Below, in pieces: positions 1 through 10,062 of a stretch of 64,000 bases of DNA. A program made the translations under genes and the position numbers. The stretch is from positions 1 through 64,000 of the forward strand of contig JAQGDQ010002394.1 of NCBI GenBank assembly GCA_030141605.1, read 5' to 3'. Numbering within the stretch: the stretch's first letter is position 1; every line of letters starts with the position of its first letter. Source of the DNA: Tubiluchus corallicola (lineage: Eukaryota > Animalia > Priapulida). The notes beneath the pieces were generated by a model. The model worked only from the letters and a program-made list of their open reading frames with translations, was not told where the DNA came from and did not search any database.

Positions 1-210
1 TATGCGGTTGTATTCAGCATTGTACTTTAGCTTTTTTTTCTCCTCTTTGCCCGTTGATTTATTTATTAAAGTTACCCATATATCGCTGTTTTTATTGGAC
101 AAATATTCTTGCCCCTTTGCAGGAACGAACATAAAACCTTCTTTTACCTCTACCTCCATCAGCCTTCTAATGTATTTTATTCGTTTTATGGCAATGGTTG
201 CTTCTTCCAT
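1..210 (-). CDS. Hypothetical protein, 5' part only (runs off window)
   Basis: Open minus-strand frame from ATG at 210: MEEATIAIKRIKYIRRLMEVEVKEGFMFVPAKGQEYL...YNAEYNRI; absent from ORF track because no stop falls in the window. Confidence 0.6.
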   Translation of the reverse strand, partial: MEEATIAIKRIKYIRRLMEVEVKEGFMFVPAKGQEYLSNKNSDIWVTLINKSTGKEEKKKLKYNAEYNRI

Positions 211-254
211 AATTTTTTAGGTGTTAAATTAGTTATACATTGGGTTTTTATTTT

Positions 255-362
255 TTATCTTCCTTCTACTATGGCTATTTCCTCTGGGGTGAGTTTATAT
301 AGTTTATATATCATAGTATCTATTTCCTGTTCTAATGTAGTGGTTTTTTTGCTGACGTATTT
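255..362 (-). pseudogene. C-terminal remnant of a type IIG (Eco57I/TaqI-like) restriction-modification protein
   Basis: Reads KTTTLEQEIDTMIYKLYKLTPEEIAIVEGR*, matching the IDxxxYxLYxLTxEEIxIVE tail of type IIG R-M enzymes; in-frame TAG upstream at 363-365. Confidence 0.7.
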
Positions 363-465
363 CTAAAAACTTGTTGTTAGTCAGCTCTTTTAATATGTTT
401 CTTTCCTATTCCTTTGCAAGTTGGACACTTTTTAAAATGCGTAGCATCCTATTAAGAAAAATTAT

Positions 466-984
466 TTATACTTCATTAAACTCATCGGGATATACTACTG
501 TCCCACCTTTGCCTTGTAGCCCGTCTTCTACCAATTCCATTGCCATAAATACTTCATCTATTACATCAAATGGACACTTTATCCCAAAATTACTTGCAGG
601 TGTAAAACCAAAACGAGGATAATAGTCCTTATGACCTAAGACAATCACAGCAGAAAAACCTAAGTCTTTAGCTATTTTCAACCCCTTTTTTATTAAGTTT
701 GCCCCTATCTGTTTGTTCTGAAACTTAGGTAATACAGACATTGGAGCAAGTGATAACACATCAAAAAACTTATTTTCACTTTTTATTTGAATAGGAAAAA
801 ACAAAATATGCCCCACTATTTCTCCTTCCACCTCTGCCACTAAGGATAACTTTTTATTATAATTCTTATTCTTACGAAGATTTTCAACAAGGATACTCTC
901 ATTATTCTGACCAAAAGCTCTATCATTGACGAACCCTATAGCTTTAAAATCTTTTTTCTCCTCACTTCTTATAAAAACTTTCAT
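466..984 (-). CDS. GNAT family N-acetyltransferase (YhbS-like)
   Basis: LVAEVEGEIVGHILF, LAPMSVLPKFQNKQIG, VLGHKDYYPRFGF motifs; ATG at 984 preferred to the longer ORF start at 1017. Confidence 0.9.
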   Translation of the reverse strand: MKVFIRSEEKKDFKAIGFVNDRAFGQNNESILVENLRKNKNYNKKLSLVAEVEGEIVGHILFFPIQIKSENKFFDVLSLAPMSVLPKFQNKQIGANLIKKGLKIAKDLGFSAVIVLGHKDYYPRFGFTPASNFGIKCPFDVIDEVFMAMELVEDGLQGKGGTVVYPDEFNEV

Positions 985-1051
985 TCTTTCTACTCTGAAT
1001 TTATTAAATTTGCTCACAAAATATATTAATTAATTTATACACGCAAAAAAT

Positions 1052-1772
1052 ATGAGAAAAAACATTGTAGCAGGAAACTGGAAAATGAACAAGACCTTAA
1101 TAGAGGCAAAAAAACTCTCACAAGAATTAGTAGATGGTCTAAAAAACTATAATTCCCAAGCAGAAATTGTGATAGCACCTCCGTTTATTAATCTTACCAA
1201 AGTGAACAATGTCATAAAAGATAGTGCGATAAAACTTTCTGCACAAAACTGTGCAACAGAAACTTCTGGAGCATATACAGGTGAAGTTTCTGCATCTATG
1301 ATAAAAAGCACAGGAGCTACACATATCATTCTTGGACATAGCGAAAGAAGAACATATTACAACGAAACAGAAAAGACTCTGGCTCAAAAATTACAACAAA
1401 CCTTAGATAATCAACTTGTACCTATTTATTGCATTGGAGAAACTTTGGAAGAAAGAAAAGGAAATACCCATTTTAATGTGATAAAACAACAAATGACAAC
1501 TCCTTTTCAGTTATCAGAAACCGATTTCTCAAAACTTATCATAGCCTATGAACCTGTATGGGCAATAGGTACTGGTGAAACAGCCACCCCTAAACAAGCC
1601 CAAGAGATATAATTCAACCATTGCCGATGAAGCATCTATACTCTATGGAGGAAGCTGCAACCCCAAGAATGCAAAAGAATTGTTCAGCCAAACAGACATA
1701 GATGGAGGACTAATAGGTGGAGCATCGCTTAAAGCAGATGATTTCATCAGTATCATTAAAGCGTTTGATTAA
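1052..1772 (+). pseudogene. tpiA: Triosephosphate isomerase, split into two frames (1052-1612 and ~1608-1772)
   Basis: [24 protein letters not shown] in frame 1 ending QAQEI*; ILYGGSC and [10 protein letters not shown] in another frame; intervening helix missing. Confidence 0.9.
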
Positions 1773-1786
1773 ATATATCAACTCAA

Positions 1787-1811
1787 AGAGGATGTTGTAA
1801 CAACATCCTCT
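1787..1811 (+). terminator. Perfect 11-bp hairpin after tpiA
   Basis: AGAGGATGTTG-TAA-CAACATCCTCT; no strong U tract. Confidence 0.5.
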
Positions 1812-1827
1812 ACAACGATTACCGACA

Positions 1828-2664
1828 ATGAATTACACTCAACTTATTTGCACAATAAGCCCTTACAACTCTAACATAGCAGATATGCTTGTTGCCGATT
1901 TGTCGGAAATAAATTACGAAAGCTTTGCAGAAACAAATAACGGATTAGACGCTTATATTCAAGAAAAGCACTGGGATAAATCTCAAATAAGCCAGCTGCC
2001 TCAATATTCCAAGTATAAAATAGATTATAAATGCAAACTTATAAAACATCAAAATTGGAACAAACTATGGGAAGAAAATTATTTTAACCCCATCATTATA
2101 GCTAACCAATGCCTAATCAAAGCCCCTTTTCACAAAAACACACCTCATCTACCTTATGAAATCATCATCCATCCCCAAATGTCATTTGGAACAGGACACC
2201 ACGAAACAACCTCAATGGTAGCAGAAAGCATATTGCAAGAAAACATTAAAGATAAAAACATACTCGATATAGGCTGTGGCACAGGTATACTTGCTATCCT
2301 TGCCAAAATGCGAAAAGCCAAAGAAGTGACAGCCATAGATATAGATGCTAATGCAATACAAAATACATTTCAAAATATTCAGCTTAACAGCCTTACAGGA
2401 ATAGAAGTAAAACAAACCACTATCAAAAAAATACCCGAAACTAAAAAATATCATATTATACTTGCCAATCTGACAAAAAATATATTGCTCGAAGAAATGA
2501 AAGACTATGCTCAACATCTTCACCCTAATGGCATACTTATCACCAGTGGTTACTACCAACAAGACTCACCTAGTATAAAAAAAGAAGCACAAAAATATAA
2601 TTTACAATACATCCATTCAGTAGAAAAAAACAAATGGGTATGTGCAAACTTTGCAAAACAATAA
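1828..2664 (+). CDS. prmA: Ribosomal protein L11 methyltransferase
   Basis: PQMSFGTGHHETT, LDIGCGTGIL, ILAN motifs. Confidence 0.95.
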   Translation: MNYTQLICTISPYNSNIADMLVADLSEINYESFAETNNGLDAYIQEKHWDKSQISQLPQYSKYKIDYKCKLIKHQNWNKLWEENYFNPIIIANQCLIKAPFHKNTPHLPYEIIIHPQMSFGTGHHETTSMVAESILQENIKDKNILDIGCGTGILAILAKMRKAKEVTAIDIDANAIQNTFQNIQLNSLTGIEVKQTTIKKIPETKKYHIILANLTKNILLEEMKDYAQHLHPNGILITSGYYQQDSPSIKKEAQKYNLQYIHSVEKNKWVCANFAKQ

Positions 2665-2667
2665 AAT

Positions 2668-5600
2668 ATGAAATTAAAAACATACATCCTTTTATTAGCA
2701 ACACTATTAATAGCAAAAATTCAAACTTTTGCTGAAGATTCAAGCCAACTTGGCACTGACTATTCTACCTTTCAACAAAAGATACACCAAGAAATAACCA
2801 AAGCTACTGCCGACAAAAAAAAACAAAAAGACTATATTAAGCAATTTGAGACCCTGTGGAGCAAGCTTTCTTCAACAGAAAAAGAACAAATAATAAATTA
2901 TTCTAACTTCCTACTAAAAAAAAGAGCAAAATACCTACCCCACTTAAATACTTTCTATAATACAATACACCATTTTAAAATAAAGCAGACAAAACAAAAC
3001 CTCCAAAGCTGGTTAGAATCACTAGAAGATTACGAGAAACAAAACAACTTGACACTGACAAAGATACATACCCATATTCAAGAAATTCAAAATCTTGTTA
3101 CTCAAAACCATATATATGCCACTAAATATTTTAATTGGAACAGCAGTACCTCAAATTACAATATACAATACCACAACCAAGAACTTATAGTTCACTTTCC
3201 CAACCTCACACTTACTTGTGCTACAAAAAGCGATAAAATACAAATACACAAAACACAAGGTACATATAACACCGACACTAAACAATGGAAGGGAATACAT
3301 GGCACAGTATATTGGGATAAAGCAGGCTTTAAAAGAGGCGATGCTTATACTACTTTCAATCATTATACCATAAATATGAGACAATCTGCTTACAAAGTAG
3401 ATACAGTAACTACCTACAACAACAACTATGTAACAACTGCTATAAAAGGTTCTTTTGAAGACAAAATAGTTTCCATTAAAGATGCTTCTCAGTCTCCCTA
3501 CCCTAAATTTAGCTCTTTCAGTAAAAGGGTTAAAATACCTCAGTTTTATCCAAACATAACCTACGAGGGAGGTTTTGCTCTTAATGGAGCAAAATTTGTA
3601 GGAACAGGAGTACAGGAAAACCCAGCCAAACTATATATCTACCGAAACGATACATTATTCATTACAGTAGAATCTCTTTATTTTTCACTTAGAAAGGGTA
3701 GAGCATCAGCACAAAAAGCAAAAGTTACTATACATCTAACAGACAATAGATTGGTGCAAAATAATCTTAATTTCAATTACGAAACAAAAAGCAGAAAAGT
3801 TACTCTTAGAAATGACAATGAAGGCTCTTATGGAAGAAGCCCTCTGTATGATGACTATCACAACATATATATGAGATTCGATATTTTAGAGTGGCAAGTA
3901 GGCGACCATAATATCTATTTTGGAAAAAGTGCAAGAGGATTATCCCAGCTTACAATAGAGTCAAAAGATTTTTTTACAGAAACGCTCTATCGAAAAATAC
4001 AAATGTTAGATAACACCAACCCTATAATACTTCTTAAAAAATACGCCAAAGAACATAATTCTGATGAAATAGCTGTAGAAGGATATGCCTCATATATCGG
4101 ACACAGCCCCTCTCAAGTAGCACGACAAATGATAGAGCTATCATACCTTGGCATATTAGAATATGATATAGAAAAAAAAATAATAACCCTCAATAAAAGA
4201 CTTTATGATTTTGTAGATTTTAATGCAAAACGAAAAGACTATGACCTTATTACATTAACCTCACTTACAGATAACACGCAAAACAATGCAAAATTAGATA
4301 TAAAAAACTATCAATTGTATTTGAACGGAATAAAACCATTTAGAATATCTCAAACTAAAAATGTATTCATTTCACCATTGAAAGAACAAATAACTCTAAA
4401 AAAAGATAGAGATATGGATTTTGATGGGAATATTACTACTGGACTATTCACTTTCATAGGTAAAGAACATAACTTTTTATATCAAAATTTTCAACTTAAC
4501 CTTAATAAAGCAGATACACTTCTCATAAAAATAAAAACAAATGAAACAGACAACCTTGGTAGAACAAGAACAATACCTATTAAGTCTATCATCGAAAATA
4601 CAACAGGAAACATCAAAATAGATAAGCCAAACAATAAAGCAAGCTTGCTAGACTATCCACAATACCCAATACTTACTACCACTGATAAATCTTATATTTA
4701 TTATGATATTAATTCTCAAATGAAAAAAAATTATCCACGAGATTCTTTTTTCTTTCAGATAGAACCCTATGCCATAGACAGTATTAGCACTCTTGAAAGA
4801 GAACATCTATATTTCGAGGGACAGCTTATCTCAGGCAATATATTCCCTACTTTTAAAGAAACAAGCATATTGCAAAAAGACCTATCTCTTGGTTTTATTA
4901 CCAATACACCCCGCCAAGGCTATCCTGTATATAAAGGAAAAGGCAACTATCAGAATAAAATAAGACTTAGTAATAAAGGACTACAAGGGGGAGGAAAACT
5001 CTCATATCTATCTTCCTCCATCTATTCGGATACTATTCAATTCAAGGCAAACAATGTAACCTCCATTGCCGATAAGTTTTTTATCAACAAAGAAAACGAA
5101 GCCAATAACTACCCTAGAACTTGGGGTGACGAAATAAATATAGAATGGCACCCCTACAAAGATGTGTTGTATGCACAAAATATGAAAACCCCATTTACAA
5201 TTAACACCGCAAACTATGATGGGGACTTTGGAGGAAAGTTAACCCTTACACCAGAAACATTAAGAGGAAAAGGAAATTACCAATATGAAATACTCAAAAT
5301 GGCTTCTAATGATTTTGACTTTCGTGCTTATCGATTTTTTGCAGACACTGCATCCCTTAAATTCCTATCAGAAGATTCTTCCAAAACAATATTAGAAACA
5401 CCAAGTATAAAAGCAGAAGTAAACTTTCAAGATAGAGTAGGAAAATTTACTTTTCACAGTGGAACAAATGAAGTTAAATTCCCACAAAACAAATATGTAG
5501 CCTATATGAAGTCTTTTATGTGGGGAATGAATAACAACAAATTATACACTGGGCTTTTAGACCGCAAAGAAGTAGCTACGAAATATATCGATCCTGCTAC

Positions 5601-7206
5601 ATTTGTATCTGTACACAAAGAGCAAGATTCCCTTTCATTTAAAGGAATAGGAGAGTTCTCAATGAGCGATATACAAATAGATGTAAGATACATAGAAGAC
5701 TTGCATATAGCAGATGGCATTGTAATTATTCCCGAAAATCAGATTCTTTCAATAAAAGAAAACGCCCTCATAGAACCTGTTGAAAACACAACCATTATAG
5801 CCGACAGTATTACCAAATATCACACCATTTACGAAGCGACCTCTAGTATACTTGGAAAATATCAAATGAACGCCAAAGGAAAATACTATTACAAAGACAG
5901 GCAAGGCAATATTTACACTATAAATATGGAAGTTGCAGCTGATAAAAATACAAAAAGAATAACAGGATTCGGAATAGCTACATCAGAAGATAACCTTCGA
6001 TTTGATAAAAACTTTGCTTACCAAGGAGTTCTTCGATTTGTCTCAAACGAGCGAATAATGTACTATGAAGGGACAACCTTGCCTAACTATTATAATTCAT
6101 CTTATATAAAACCTCATTGGATAGCTTTTAAAGGAAAAGTAAATCCTCAAAATGTGAAAATACCCATAGAAAAAAACTTGCGAAATTTAGAAAACGTAAG
6201 ATTATTTACTGGCTTTTTTATTCCTAATGAGAAACCTCACATATATGCAGCTTTTTGTTCTACTAGAAAAAACTATAGCGACAGTCTTATCATCAATGCA
6301 AATGGACTACTACGATATGACGAAACACAACAAGGATATATTATTGCTTCTGAGAAAAAACTACAATACCCAACAGAACAAGGTAACCTTATGAAATTTT
6401 ATCCTACACAACATAAAGTATACGCCGAAGGGAAAATATCTCTTGGCACAGACCTTGGACAAGTAAAATTAGCAGCAGCAGGAACAATAAACCACGACTT
6501 AAAAAGAGAAAAAACAGAGATGGATATTTTACTTACCACCGATTTTTATTTTGATAAAAACTTATTAAAACTTATAGTTGCAGATATAACAGGAGAAATA
6601 GTAATAGACACTCTTGAGACAACAAAACAAAATAAAAAAAATGAAAAAGACGAAACACCGTCTGTCGCTATAGAAAAACTAAAACTTGAAAATGTAAAAG
6701 CAACCCCAGAATTAGAAAAAAAACTTATAGAATTTCTTGGCAAAGAAAAAACAGCAAAAGTTCATTCAGATATAGCTACCAAACCACAAAAATTAAACTT
6801 ACCTGATGAATTGAAAAAGACCATTACTTTTATAGATGTGAAATTAGAATGGGACAACCACGAAAATGCTTACTACTCCAAAGGAAAAATTGGTATAGGA
6901 AGCATTTTGAATATCCCTATAAATAAATATGTAGATGGCTTAATCGAATTAAAGAAAAAACGCATTGGGAGTACATTTAACATATATATAAAATTAAATG
7001 ACAAAAAATGGTATTTCTTTACTTACTCAAACAATAATATGGGCGCACTCTCTTATGATGAAGGCTTCAATGAAACTATACGAGACACACCTCTTAGCAA
7101 GCGAAAAATGTTAGTAAAGGCTAATGAAAAACAATATATATATATATTAGCGACAACCCAAAAACTAATTCAGATACAATCCAAATACAATCAACGAAAA
7201 GAATAA
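2668..7206 (+). CDS. Large (1512 aa) exported beta-rich protein of unknown function
   Basis: Long ORF, N-terminal signal peptide (MKLKTYILLLATLLIAKIQTFA), co-oriented 3 nt after prmA. Confidence 0.85.
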   Translation: MKLKTYILLLATLLIAKIQTFAEDSSQLGTDYSTFQQKIHQEITKATADKKKQKDYIKQFETLWSKLSSTEKEQIINYSNFLLKKRAKYLPHLNTFYNTIHHFKIKQTKQNLQSWLESLEDYEKQNNLTLTKIHTHIQEIQNLVTQNHIYATKYFNWNSSTSNYNIQYHNQELIVHFPNLTLTCATKSDKIQIHKTQGTYNTDTKQWKGIHGTVYWDKAGFKRGDAYTTFNHYTINMRQSAYKVDTVTTYNNNYVTTAIKGSFEDKIVSIKDASQSPYPKFSSFSKRVKIPQFYPNITYEGGFALNGAKFVGTGVQENPAKLYIYRNDTLFITVESLYFSLRKGRASAQKAKVTIHLTDNRLVQNNLNFNYETKSRKVTLRNDNEGSYGRSPLYDDYHNIYMRFDILEWQVGDHNIYFGKSARGLSQLTIESKDFFTETLYRKIQMLDNTNPIILLKKYAKEHNSDEIAVEGYASYIGHSPSQVARQMIELSYLGILEYDIEKKIITLNKRLYDFVDFNAKRKDYDLITLTSLTDNTQNNAKLDIKNYQLYLNGIKPFRISQTKNVFISPLKEQITLKKDRDMDFDGNITTGLFTFIGKEHNFLYQNFQLNLNKADTLLIKIKTNETDNLGRTRTIPIKSIIENTTGNIKIDKPNNKASLLDYPQYPILTTTDKSYIYYDINSQMKKNYPRDSFFFQIEPYAIDSISTLEREHLYFEGQLISGNIFPTFKETSILQKDLSLGFITNTPRQGYPVYKGKGNYQNKIRLSNKGLQGGGKLSYLSSSIYSDTIQFKANNVTSIADKFFINKENEANNYPRTWGDEINIEWHPYKDVLYAQNMKTPFTINTANYDGDFGGKLTLTPETLRGKGNYQYEILKMASNDFDFRAYRFFADTASLKFLSEDSSKTILETPSIKAEVNFQDRVGKFTFHSGTNEVKFPQNKYVAYMKSFMWGMNNNKLYTGLLDRKEVATKYIDPATFVSVHKEQDSLSFKGIGEFSMSDIQIDVRYIEDLHIADGIVIIPENQILSIKENALIEPVENTTIIADSITKYHTIYEATSSILGKYQMNAKGKYYYKDRQGNIYTINMEVAADKNTKRITGFGIATSEDNLRFDKNFAYQGVLRFVSNERIMYYEGTTLPNYYNSSYIKPHWIAFKGKVNPQNVKIPIEKNLRNLENVRLFTGFFIPNEKPHIYAAFCSTRKNYSDSLIINANGLLRYDETQQGYIIASEKKLQYPTEQGNLMKFYPTQHKVYAEGKISLGTDLGQVKLAAAGTINHDLKREKTEMDILLTTDFYFDKNLLKLIVADITGEIVIDTLETTKQNKKNEKDETPSVAIEKLKLENVKATPELEKKLIEFLGKEKTAKVHSDIATKPQKLNLPDELKKTITFIDVKLEWDNHENAYYSKGKIGIGSILNIPINKYVDGLIELKKKRIGSTFNIYIKLNDKKWYFFTYSNNNMGALSYDEGFNETIRDTPLSKRKMLVKANEKQYIYILATTQKLIQIQSKYNQRKE

Positions 7207-7254
7207 GTATCCTTACAAAGGATATTTTTGTGAAAAAGTTAATTTATTAAAACA

Positions 7255-8049
7255 ATGCAACAATACTTTGATTTACTGAATAGAGTGCTAAACGAAGGTG
7301 TAAAAAAAGAGGATAGAACTGGAACTGGAACTATCAGTATTTTTGGGCACCAAATGAGGTTTAATTTAAACAAAGGATTTCCCCTTATAACTACGAAAAA
7401 GCTACATTTACGGTCAATAATATATGAACTTTTGTGGTTTTTAAAAGGCGACACCAATATAAAATACCTTCAAAATAACAACGTAACTATTTGGGACGAG
7501 TGGGCTAATGAAAAGGGGGATTTAGGTCCTGTATATGGTAGCCAATGGAGATCGTGGAAAGGGACAGATGAAAAAGTAGTTGACCAAATTTCTAATTTAA
7601 TCCATTCTTTAAAAAATAATCCAGACTCTCGCAGACATATTGTAAGTGCTTGGAATGTAGCAGAAATAGAAAAAATGGCACTACCTCCATGTCATCTTTT
7701 ATTTCAATTCTATGTGGCAGAAAGCAAGTTATCATGTCAACTATATCAGCGTAGTGCAGATATCTTTCTTGGAGTACCTTTTAACATTGCATCTTATGCC
7801 TTATTAACAATGATGGTAGCTCAAGTAGTAGGTCTGCAACCGGGCGAATTTGTACATACTTTTGGAGACGCTCACATATATAACAATCACTTAGAACAAG
7901 TAAAACTTCAATTGACAAGAAAACCCTATCCACTACCCCAGATGCATATCAATCCAAAAATAAAAGATATTTTCAAGTTCCAATATGAAAGCTTTGAGTT
8001 AAAAGGATATGAAGCTCACCCTCACATAAAGGGAAAAGTAGCTGTGTAA
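7255..8049 (+). CDS. thyA: Thymidylate synthase
   Basis: [32 protein letters not shown]. Confidence 0.98.
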   Translation: MQQYFDLLNRVLNEGVKKEDRTGTGTISIFGHQMRFNLNKGFPLITTKKLHLRSIIYELLWFLKGDTNIKYLQNNNVTIWDEWANEKGDLGPVYGSQWRSWKGTDEKVVDQISNLIHSLKNNPDSRRHIVSAWNVAEIEKMALPPCHLLFQFYVAESKLSCQLYQRSADIFLGVPFNIASYALLTMMVAQVVGLQPGEFVHTFGDAHIYNNHLEQVKLQLTRKPYPLPQMHINPKIKDIFKFQYESFELKGYEAHPHIKGKVAV

Positions 8050-8184
8050 ATTAAAATAAATAATAAGCAACAATCCGAATTATAAGCTATTTTGTAATTT
8101 TTAGTATTTTAGCTTATTGGGCAATTCTATTACTTTACGAGAAATAGGCATATTGTCTTACACCTCTATTTTAAATAGAAACTT

Positions 8185-8931
8185 ATGACAAACAACAATA
8201 AATTTATTTATCTCCCCAAAGTAGATAGTACCAATACCTATGCTATGCAACTACTAAGGAAAAAAGAAAATATTGAAGATAGTACTCTTATATATACTTA
8301 CAAACAAACAACAGGAAGAGGACAGAAAAAAAATTATTGGGAATGTGAAGAAAATAAAAACTTAACCTTTTCTATAATATTCTCGCCAACTTTTTTATCG
8401 GCAGAAAGGCAATTTCAACTCTCCAAAATAGTAGCATTGGGAGTGATTAATTTTTTAAACAATTTTGGAGTAAATAAGAGTTACATTAAGTGGCCAAATG
8501 ATATATATGTAGGTGATAAAAAAATAGGAGGTATATTGATTGAAAATACACTCAAAGAGAAGAATATAAAAAACTGTGTAGCTGGTATAGGCATTAACAT
8601 TAATCAAACAAAATTTAACAAAAAAACCCCAAATCCTATATCATTGAAGCAGATACTGAAAAAAGACATAGATTTAGATAAAGCCTTACAGCAAGTATAT
8701 GATAATATAGTGAAATACTATGAATATTTAAAAGCCGGAAACGATAATAAAATTAATGACCATTACATTAACCATCTATATAAATACAAGATATATAGCC
8801 AATATAAAAACCACAATAAAATATTCGAAGCAAAAATAATAGGAGTAAATGACTTAGGCCAATTACTTTTAGAAGACAAAAAAGGAGAAAGAAGAGAGTA
8901 CAATTTCAAAGAAATAAGTTTTATATTGTAA
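8185..8931 (+). CDS. birA: Biotin--protein ligase (no N-terminal HTH)
   Basis: DSTN, QTTGRGQ, KWPNDI, KIGGILIE. Confidence 0.93.
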   Translation: MTNNNKFIYLPKVDSTNTYAMQLLRKKENIEDSTLIYTYKQTTGRGQKKNYWECEENKNLTFSIIFSPTFLSAERQFQLSKIVALGVINFLNNFGVNKSYIKWPNDIYVGDKKIGGILIENTLKEKNIKNCVAGIGININQTKFNKKTPNPISLKQILKKDIDLDKALQQVYDNIVKYYEYLKAGNDNKINDHYINHLYKYKIYSQYKNHNKIFEAKIIGVNDLGQLLLEDKKGERREYNFKEISFIL

Positions 8932-8934
8932 ATA

Positions 8935-10062
8935 ATGCTTTTTAAAGATATTATAGGACAAGAAGAAACCAAAGAAAGGCTTATCAATTCCGTAAAACAG
9001 AACAGAATAAGCCATGCACAACTTTTTACAGGTGCTACCGGTATAGGCAAGCTGGCTTTGGCCTTGGCCTATGCCCAATATATTTCTTGCACAAACAAAA
9101 AGGAGAAAGATGCTTGTGGAGAATGTCCTTCTTGTATCAAATACAATAAACTTACCCATCCTGATTTATTTTTTGTGTTTCCAGTAATAGAAGCAGGAGG
9201 AAAGGGAACAAAAACTATTTCAGACGACCTGCTCCCTCTATGGAGAGAAGTGGTGATAAAAAGTCCTTATTTTACACTGAACGACTGGCTTGCACTCAAT
9301 AAATCTGAGAATAAACAAGGAACCATCTATGTAGAAGAGTGTAATAATATAATTAAAAAACTATCCTTAAAACCTTTGGAAGCAGCATACAAGATAATGC
9401 TTGTATGGCATCCTGAAAAGATGAATGTTACAGCCGCAAACAAACTGTTGAAACTAATAGAAGAGCCTCCTTTAAGAACTCTTTTTCTATTCATAACAGA
9501 GTTTGAAGAACAATTACTTCAAACAATACGCTCTAGACTGCAAGTTATACGAGTACCAAAAATAGAAATCAAAAGTTTAAAAAGAACTTTAATAGACAGA
9601 AATGGAATAAGCGAAGAAGAAGCTGAATATATTAGTAAAATATCACGCGGAAGCTTTACAGAAGCAAAGAACACCCTAGAAGAATCAGAAGAAGAGAAAA
9701 AATGCTTTGACCTATTCGTTAACTTTATGAGGCTTTGTTATAGCAAAAAAGTAGTAGAAATTATTGCCCTAGCTGATAAGTTTCATTCTATTGGTAAAGA
9801 GGCTCAAAAAAGATTTTTAAGTTTTTCCCTGAGACTATTGAGAGAAAACTTCGTTTTAAACTTCAATAACAGCAATTTAAACTATCTAAAAAGAAAAGAA
9901 AATGAATTTTCTTCTAAGTTTGCTAAATTCATCAACGAAAACAACATAGTTAAATTACTAAATGATTTTTCACAGGCAGAGGGTGATATAATAAGAAATG
10001 GTTACGCTAAATTAATTTTTTTAGATCTTTCCATTCAGGTGATGAGAGTGTTAAAAAAATAG
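8935..10062 (+). CDS. holB: DNA polymerase III delta' subunit
   Basis: IIGQE, HAQLFTG, CGECPSC zinc motif, HPD, AANKLLKLIEEPP, TIRSR. Confidence 0.93.
   Translation: MLFKDIIGQEETKERLINSVKQNRISHAQLFTGATGIGKLALALAYAQYISCTNKKEKDACGECPSCIKYNKLTHPDLFFVFPVIEAGGKGTKTISDDLLPLWREVVIKSPYFTLNDWLALNKSENKQGTIYVEECNNIIKKLSLKPLEAAYKIMLVWHPEKMNVTAANKLLKLIEEPPLRTLFLFITEFEEQLLQTIRSRLQVIRVPKIEIKSLKRTLIDRNGISEEEAEYISKISRGSFTEAKNTLEESEEEKKCFDLFVNFMRLCYSKKVVEIIALADKFHSIGKEAQKRFLSFSLRLLRENFVLNFNNSNLNYLKRKENEFSSKFAKFINENNIVKLLNDFSQAEGDIIRNGYAKLIFLDLSIQVMRVLKK

Noticed and set aside
1600-1620. Programmed frameshift or bypass restoring tpiA
   Set aside because: No slippery sequence, and residues are actually missing, so recoding would not rebuild the helix
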